NCBI GenBank assembly: GCA_009914755.4
Contig: CP068257.2
Span: 18,464,001-18,528,000, forward strand
Origin: the human T2T-CHM13v2.0 reference genome, Homo sapiens
Direction: 5' to 3'
DNA: 64,000 nt
Below, piece after piece: positions 55,951-64,000 of the stretch. The notes under the pieces were generated by a model that was not told the origin of the DNA, ran no database searches, and saw only the letters and a list, made by a program, of their open reading frames with translations. Both the position numbers and the translations under genes were made by a program. Position 1 is the first letter of the stretch, and the number at the start of each line of letters is the position of its first letter.

Positions 55951-58877
55951 CTGGAAGTCCTATTCTGAACAATCAGGCAAGAGACAGAAAGAAAGGACAC
56001 CACTTCTATTCAACATAGTACTGGAAGTCCTATTCTGAACAATCAGGCAAGAGAAAGAAAGAAAGGACATCCAAATAGGAAAAGTGGAAATCAAACTATC
56101 ATGGTTCACTGCTGATATAATTGTATACCTATAAAGAACTAAGGACTCATCCAAAAGACTCCAAGATCTGATAAACAAATTCAGCAATGTCTAAGGTTCC
56201 AAGATCAATGCATACAAATCAGTAGCATTGCTGTACATCACCAACAACCAAGCTGAGAATCAAATCAATAACTGAATTTGCTTTACAACAATTGCAAAAA
56301 ATATTAAATACATAGGAATATATTTAACCAAGACAGTGAAAGATCTCTACAAGGAGAACTACAAAACACTGCTGAAGTAAATTATAGATGACACAAACAA
56401 ATAAAAACACATCTCATGCCCATGGATTGGAAGAATCAGTATTGTAAAAGTGACCACACTGCCCAAAGCAATCTAAAGATTCAATGCAATTCCCGTTTTA
56501 AAAACCACATTATTTTTTCAAGAATTAGAAAAGACATTCTTAAAGTTCATATGGAACCAAAAAGGAGCCTGGATAGACAAAGAAATCCTGAGCAAAAAGA
56601 ACAACTCTGGAGGCATCAAGTTACTGGACTTCAAGTTTTACTTCAAGGCTATATTTAGCAAAACAGCATGGTACTGGCATAAAAGTAGGCACATAGAGAA
56701 CTGGAACAGATTAGAGAACCCAGAAATAAAGCTAAATACTTAGAACCAACTGATCTTCAACAAAGAATTCAAAAACGTAAATTGAGGAAAGTACGCTTTA
56801 TTTAATAAGTGATGATGGGAAAACTGGCAAGTCACATGCAGGAGAATGAAACTGGATCCCTGTCTCTCACCTCATACTAAAATCTACTCAAGATGTATCA
56901 GAGACTTAAATGTAAGACCTGAAACCATAAAATTTCTAGAAGAAAACCTAGGAAAAACTCCTCTGGACATTGGCTTCGGCAAAGAATTTATGACTAAAAC
57001 CACAAAAGCAAATGCAACGAAAATAAAAAAAATATATGAGATCTGATTAAATTAAAAATCTTCTGCACAGCAAAAGAAATAATCATCAAAGTAAACAAAC
57101 AACTCACAGCATGGAATAAAATATTTGAAACCTATACATCCGACAAAGGACTACTATCCAGAATATACAAGGAACTCAAACAAATCAGCAATAAAAAAAA
57201 TAAATCTTTCCATCAAAAAGTGGGCAAATGACATAAATAGCCTGAAAGAAGATATACAAATGGCCAACAATCATATGAAAAAATGCTCAACATCAGTAAT
57301 CATCAGGGAAATGCTAATTAAAACCATAATGAGATTCCACCTTACTCCTGCAAGAATGGTCGTTATTGAAAAGTCAAAAAACAATAGATGTTGGCATGGA
57401 TGTGGTGAAAGGGGAACACTTATACACTACTGGTGGGAATATAAATTAGTACAACCTCTATGGAAAACGGTATGAAGATTCTTTGAAGAGCTAAAAGTAG
57501 ATCTACCATTCAATTCAGCAATTCCAGTACTGGGCATCTACCCAAAGGAAAATAAGTGGTTATGTGAAAAAGACACATGCACATGTATGTTTACTACAGC
57601 CTAATTCACAATTACAAAAACATGGAACCAGCCGAAGTGTCCATCAGTCAATGATTGGATAAAGAAAATGTGGTATATATACACGGTGGCATATTACTCA
57701 GCCATAAATGGAATAAAATAATGTTATTTTGCAGCAACTTGGTTGGAGCTGGAGGTCATTATTCTAAGTGAAGTAACTCACGAATGGAAAATCAAACACC
57801 ATATGTTCTCACTTATAAGTGGGAGCCAAGTTATGAGTATACAAAGGCATATAGAGTGATATAATGGACCTTGGAGTCTCCAAGGGAGAAGGGTGAGAGG
57901 GAGTATATGCGATAAAAAAAAGAACTACATATTGGGTGCAATGTACACTACTCAGATGATAGGTGCATTGAAATCTCAGAATTCAGCACTATATAATTGA
58001 CCCATGTAACCAAATACCACTAGTACTCCCAAAACAATTGAAATCTGAAAATATATTAATTAAAAAATAATGTTACCTACTTCAACAGATTATAATTAAG
58101 ATTATATTACATAATCCTGACAAACAGTACAGTGAGTATTAAAATTTCTCAGTAAATATTAGCTATAATATAATTATTAGACTATTTTTCATTAGCTTAG
58201 AGAGAAGTTTCGCCATTGATAGAAGTGAGGTTAAGAACAGAGGCTGTCAAAGTGTGACCTCCAGAGCAGTAGCATTAGCATCCTGGGAACTTGTCAGAAA
58301 CAAATTCCTGGGTCCCAGGCAGCTCTTACTGAATCAAAAACTCTGCAGCAATTTGGGTTTTTAGCAAATTCTCCAAGTAATTATGATTCATGCAAAAATT
58401 TGGGAACCATTGAATCTGACAGCTGATACAAGTATTTCCAATCTGCATAAATATTTTGAATTCAATCATTTGTCTTTTCTTGAAGTGGACTGATCACATC
58501 ACTTAAAAAATAATCATATTAATTGCATGCACAATATCCTTAGTATTCCAAAATTTACTTGTCTTCTAAATTTTCTTTGTTACCTGTCAGAACAATATTA
58601 TCAAAATAACAATAATCTAATCATTCAAATATAGACAGATGATAGACAGATGATAGATTATAAATAAAGTGTGAAATAGGCTACATGGTTTGTAACCTCA
58701 ATAATTATACAGTTTTTTATATGTGACAAAACACTCACGTGTAAATAATATTGTAGTCATTGTATATCAAAATAAGGATAATAATCAAAAAGTTAAAAAA
58801 ATTTTAAAAACTGAGCATTTATAATGTATGGCTTGCCATGAAGTAATGTTTTCAGCTTTAAAAATGTTTAAGTTACG

Positions 58878-58940
58878 TACACACATCTATATATACACAC
58901 ATCTATATATATATATATATATACACATACACATATATAT
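58878..58940. repeat. (TA)n/(CA)n-rich compound microsatellite
   Basis: 'acacacatctatatatacacacatctatatatatatatatatatacacatacacatatatat' read directly. Confidence 0.85.
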
Positions 58941-59083
58941 GAATAATTTATTCCAATAATTAAAAAATAATGAATTTGGTCTAGCTAAATATAGGTGCAT
59001 TTTAGAAATAGATAAGAAATTGTAAAAATATCAGCCAATTGTTAAACTCACAGTCTTTGATTACCTGAAAGAATTCTGTGCCT

Positions 59084-59388
59084 GGCCGGGCACAGTGGCT
59101 CACACCTGTAATCCCAGCACTTTGGGAGGCCAAGGTGGGCAGATCACCTGAGGTCAGGAGTTTGAGACAAGCCTGGCTAACATGGTGAAACCCTGTCTTT
59201 ACTAAAAATACAAAAATTAGCTGGGCTTGCTGGCGTGCGCCTGTAGTCCCAGCTACTTAGGAGGCTGAGGCAAGAGAATCACTTGAACCCAGGAAGCGGA
59301 TGTTGCAGTGAGCCGAGATTGCACCACTGCACTCCAGTCTGGGCAACAGAGCGAGACTCTATCTCAAAAAAAAAAAAAAAAAAAAAAA
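59084..59388 (+). mobile_element. Alu SINE (AluS-like), full length, plus orientation, 23-nt poly-A, 13-bp TSD
   Basis: 'ggccgggcacagtggctcacacctgtaatcccagcactttgggaggccaaggtgggcagatcacctgaggtcaggagtttgagacaagcctggctaacatggtgaaaccctgtctttactaaaaatacaaaaattagctgggcttgctggcgtgcgcctgtagtcccagctacttaggaggctgagg...gcgagactctatctc' + A23. 'gaattctgtgcct' occurs at 59071-59083 and 59395-59407. Confidence 0.95.
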
Positions 59389-59464
59389 GAAGAGAATTCT
59401 GTGCCTTTTATCCCTGTCTGTTTATGTGTGCATGTGCATGTGCAGATCCAGTCTCAGAAAAGTA

Positions 59465-59728
59465 TAAGAATGCAAACACCGCATATTCTCACTCATAGGT
59501 GGGAATTGAACAATGAGAACACATGGACACAGGAAGGGGAACATCACACTCTGGGGACTGTTGTGGGGTGGGGGGAGGGGGGAGGGATAGCTTTAGGAGA
59601 TATACCTAATGCTAAATGACGAGTTAATGGGTGCAGCACACCAGCATGGCACATGCATACATATATAACTAACCTACACATTGTGCACATGTACCCTAAA
59701 ACTTAAAGTATAATAATAATAAAAAAAA
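59465..59728 (+). mobile_element. LINE-1 3'-terminal fragment (~260 bp: last codons of ORF2 + 3'UTR + poly-A), plus orientation
   Basis: 'accgcatattctcactcataggtgggaattgaacaatgagaacacatggacacaggaaggggaacatcacactctggggactgttgtggggtggggggaggggggagggatagctttaggagatatacctaatgctaaatgacgagttaatgggtgcagcacaccagcatggcacatgcatacatatataactaacctacacattgtgcacatgtaccctaaaacttaaagtataataataataaaaaaaa' is the L1PA-type 3' end. Confidence 0.88.
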
Positions 59729-62337
59729 GAATGCTTGCTTACAAATTGTGTTTCTTTAGCACTTAATGTTGTTTTGTGTTTTTCAAAAAAACAGCATCCA
59801 AATATACTGGTTGACAATTTGTTTCCAGTTTTTTTCTATAAATGACAAATAGGATATTTAATTTTTGTCTAGCGTAGAGAAGAAACATTATAATTTTGAC
59901 AAAAATATGGTTTCACCTTTCATATAAAATTCTAAACCCGGTAGCACACTTACCTGAAAGGTGAGAAATATGACATTGCCCCAGTAAGTGACAACATCTG
60001 TGGTGCTATCGCAAGGCTAAATTCCTTTATTGTGTCTTTTATAAGATACTGTTAAGTCTAGCAAAATACCATTTTGAGATGCTACTTAAACGTGGCTCAG
60101 AATAAATAAAAAATTGTCAAAGAAACGTTTTAAATTAACACTTCTGATTTTAAAATATAAAGCAATCAAAGACAGTGGTTTTCCAACGTGAACACACCGG
60201 GTATCAGAGGAGTATTATTGAGGCAATGTAAAGAGTATGACAGAAATCACTGACACAGCCACTAGGGATGCACGAAGCCATTCATAAGATATGTCTTTGG
60301 TGTATTTTATCTGCTCCACTTACAATAAATCCTATGTTCTTGAAAGAATGTCATATTTATACTCTCAGGAACTGCCTTGTTAGTCATGTAGTTTAGTAAC
60401 AGTGCCAAAAATAGTTCAGACTTTCTTGACCTTCTCTGTCTAGCATATAAACCTTAACCTGGAAGGAGCAGCTTTGAAGTCAGAGGGCAGTTATAGATCT
60501 GTCTGATTCTGATCCTTAGTTTCTCTACTGAGATTGCAAACACTCACTTGATATATTACATAAAATATTCTTTCATACTCCATCATGAACAGTACAAATA
60601 GTATTTAAACCCATCATATCTTTCCAAATATCACTTGTGCAATTATAATATGTTTTTCTTTTAGAAGGAATACATTGTCTTTCATAATTATATAAAATTA
60701 AAAATTGTGTTACACAACATGAGTTGTTTACTTCTATGAGCTGTGCAACGTTTGATGATGTCCTTTTTGAGGACACAAAAGCAGATATTGACATGCAGTA
60801 TCATGCATGTGTTCTTAGAGAAGAGTTTAAATATGAAGATGATGGTATAGCCATCAGTTGGGATCTCAAATAAATTGTTTAATAAGTGTATTTCTATATT
60901 CAAAAGGCTGAAATAAACTTAAATCTTTTATGGCATTGCCCTTTTATGAATTGGCTTAGCTTATGTATTCTAAATGCCCATAAGTGATATTTTTTGGCTT
61001 CTTACTTCTTTATAACCAATCAAATTACATTTATAAAAGATTATTTAAATAACATTATCAACTAATATAAATATTTCAAATGTCTAGCAAGGCTGTAATT
61101 TATATATTCAAATATATCGTTCTAAAAATATTTGTACAAAGATAGAAATAATATTAGGTCACGCATAATGTATGTAGTGACTAAATTAAAAAGAAAGAGG
61201 AATTAGGTATAAAATTCCATTATTCTCCACCATACTTTCCTATGTGTTATAAAATTTAAGCAAATATGTCTTCAAGTCATGTTACATTATCTTCATAGTA
61301 AATTAATTTTTTCAATCACTGTGAGTAAATTGAGACATAACTGATAATTTGGAATTAGTTATATAATTAATTTTGTCAGTGCATTACAATTTTTAAGAGA
61401 CCGTCTGTCTATAAAAGGATCTTAAGAAATTAGATTGGAAAATTACTATTATAACATTCTAAAAGCATAATATTAGAACTACAAGACCTTAATTATTTAG
61501 CACGAATCAAGTGACCTGACAAACTCAAAGTGCTAAATTGGCAATCTGTTTACCCGAGTATTTTCAGTAAGTTTTGTCTACTTTATAAGAAGACTGACAG
61601 GGATTGCTTTTTGCTATGAGACAGCCAAGATGACCTTTGAGTTCCCTCCTGAATTCTGAAGAAGAAACAAGTAAGATGGACAGGCTTGGTCAATTCTGAT
61701 AATCAAAGGGCCACTTGACATTTTTAGTGAAGAGAAATAGAAATTCTAACGAGAATGTTTGGATAATACTAATTAAGGTGAGCTTGGTGGTATAAAAGTT
61801 ATCACACCCACTCTCAAGGGCCACAGACACAAGTCACAAATAAACTTAGATATTGAATAGTGAAAAGATGGTGAATACAATTGGAACTGGAGAAGCAGAG
61901 TGAAGAATTAACTCCAAATTGACTAAATTGTCAAAGTCTAAATTCTTAACCCTGAATCTAATTAAACAACAGGTGATAATGGTTAATTTAAAAACGGATG
62001 CTTAGTTAATTAGCTATATCCGAGCATAATACCATTTTAGTAGCAAGTAAAAACCATAATTATATTAATAGCAGATTTCTAACACTTAATTTGTTGATAT
62101 CCTAATTATAGGATTTGTTTTAACTTTATGAAAGAAAATGAAGCATCTAAGTCTGCTTTTAACAAAATAACTCATGTTCTTCAGGGCATATGACAAAAAT
62201 CTATTTCAGTGTAAACATTAGTGAGAAAATATCCACAGAGAGTAAAGCCCATGAAGTTAGTAAAATAGTTTTATTATTTTGTGATACTATATAGCTAAAT
62301 TAAATTGGCTACATTGTTTCATAAATACATCTAGTGT

Positions 62338-62380
62338 GGAGAGAGAGAGAGAGTGAGAGAGAGATAGAGAGAGACTATGT
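62338..62380. repeat. (GA)n microsatellite with interruptions
   Basis: 'gagagagagagagagtgagagagagatagagagag' read directly. Confidence 0.85.
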
Positions 62381-64000
62381 ATATTTAAATGTGTAAAGAA
62401 GAAGCAGACCATTCTGCTCTTTTGTTCATGCAACTCTCTATCTGCTCACTTAAAGACACATTGGCATTTGAGACCTAAAATTGTTACTTTGTTGTTGAAA
62501 TAAAGAATGAACGGAAAGTCAAGGACATTGATTTTGATGACAATATTGTCAAGATCTGTATTTTAGGAGGAAGTATGTAATATTTTTATTTTATAAAAAA
62601 GTAGATCTTTAGGGAGAATGCATTTAGGGCAACTTGAATCTGTCTCCTCAGTTTAAAAAAATAAAAGATCTTTGGCAATTTACTAAATAGTTCATTTATT
62701 TTGAGTAGTGATTACTAGATATTTATCATCAATAAATTCTATCAGTTTGAATTTTAAAAGTAAATAAGCCCCAAATTCTAAAAATTTAAGTTTAAATTTT
62801 ATACAGTTTTACAAAACTAAGAATTATCAAATAAAAAATGCATGGTCCAAGAGCTTCTAAAGCTTTGAAAATGTTTAGTATTTATATGTCATGTAATGTG
62901 CATTGGACACTAGGTTGTTTCCTTCAGAGCGGACCCAGTTAGCATTCATTCATTTTTCCAAACATCACATAATTGACTCTTAAAATTGCTACTTAGTTCA
63001 TCTAAATTTATTTTCAACATTCTTCTAGAAAATCTGGAGCTGGGGTTTCTCAAATTATTATCTGAAGTCATGTAGAAACAAACATTTCAACACTTAAAAA
63101 ACTTTTACGAATTAAAATCAATTATTCACAACTAAAAGAAAATTAGCCATTACTTCATTTTACAGACAAGTCGGGGAATATATGCTGTGTTGTTGAAATG
63201 GCAAACATAATTTCTGCAGTGTAATACAATGGAAAGAAAAGACAGATATTTTTGGTTACTGTCTTGGTTTTGTCTTCTCAAAAAAACAAAAAACAAAAAA
63301 AAAAAAACAAGAAAAAACCAGTTTGCTCTATGAGGATTGCTCATAACTTTTTTGCAGCTCTCACAACATTAAAAAAAATAAAGTTGGAGTTTATTCTGTA
63401 TGTAAAATATTGGCATTAATGTGGATTAATTTAAAAGATTGGTGAGGTTAAAATTTCCTAATATTATTATAATTGTTATTATAGGTATATTAATTAAATA
63501 TTTATTTGGGGTGGTAGAGATTAGAGAGGTAAAGGTAGGAGGAGAGAAACAGGGAATTAGGAAAGAACTGGTATAGATAAGAACAAAGTAGGAGATAAAG
63601 CAGATTGGAACAAAAGAGACATTTATATCAAGGGGACAAAAAGGCCCCATAATGGACCGTTAACAAAAAAAAATCAAATATTCCATTATTTCTTCAGAAT
63701 ATGTTAATTGAGTGGATAAAATGGAATAAATATTTTTGGTGTATAGATTATACCATTGATCAAGGGAGACTTGGACTTGCCTCAAACGTATGTTCAGTTA
63801 CCAGGTTTTAAATACTGATTCAGAAATAAACTCCCCTATGAATCTTTGCCATACATAAAATGTGGGAGTAGATATAACCTGCTCTGATTGAAGAAATATG
63901 AATATTAATATGCCCAAATGTAAGGACTTCAACATGGTGGAAGGATTAGTCAACAGCAGGAGAGGCTGGGAAGACAGAGGATTTAGAGACATACATGTAA

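Larger units (their letters stand above)
52200..58070 (+). mobile_element. Old LINE-1 (L1M/L1PB-type), plus orientation, composite with nested insertions and a ~1.3-kb internal deletion
   Basis: 52200-52969 is L1 5' end/ORF1 coiled-coil-like ('...ISKEIDILKKCKSEFLEMKGTLRELQNGGESFNNGLQREEEKIS'). 53345-54514 is ORF2 ('LNQEEIEILNRP...[44 protein letters not shown]...[48 protein letters not shown]...GCPLSPLLF'). 56007-58070 has the remaining ORF2 ('NIVLEVLARAIRQEKE...' to '...[48 protein letters not shown]...CPSVNDWIKKMWYIYTVAYYSAING...') plus the 3'UTR. It is interrupted by the MaLR solo LTR (52970-53342), a 125-bp retroposed insert (53537-53661) and the younger L1 (54515-55950). The 5'UTR-like sequence may extend upstream to ~51900. 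Confidence 0.8.

Overview
This window is not prokaryotic. It reads as human (or closely related primate) genomic DNA from an AT-rich, gene-poor region, and I can support no protein-coding gene, rRNA, tRNA or CRISPR array in it. Most of the content is interspersed repeats: at least 14 Alu SINEs (many with poly-A tails and target-site duplications (TSDs)); several LINE-1 (L1) copies, namely a near-full-length inactive L1 on the minus strand (~8.26-14.6 kb), a pair of L1 fragments in head-to-head orientation (24.07-25.55 kb), and an old plus-strand L1 (~52.2-58.07 kb) that carries a nested younger L1, a solo MaLR LTR and a short retroposed fragment; an ERV remnant with a gag-pro fragment and an LTR-like block (1-1990); MaLR/THE1-MST-type LTRs; a DNA-transposon fragment; and many microsatellites. 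The supplied six-frame ORFs are artefacts of this context: L1 ORF1/ORF2 remnants, translated Alu (the '[25 protein letters not shown]...' type peptides), LTR or random ORFs. I did not find an undescribed biological system. The points that merit a second look are structural details of retrotransposition events: an atypical 5' junction on the nested L1, a poly-A/TSD-flanked mini-retrocopy inside L1 ORF2, the inverted L1 junction, and an Alu-in-Alu insertion. Family and subfamily names are given from memory of consensus sequences, without a repeat-library search, and should be confirmed with RepeatMasker/Dfam.
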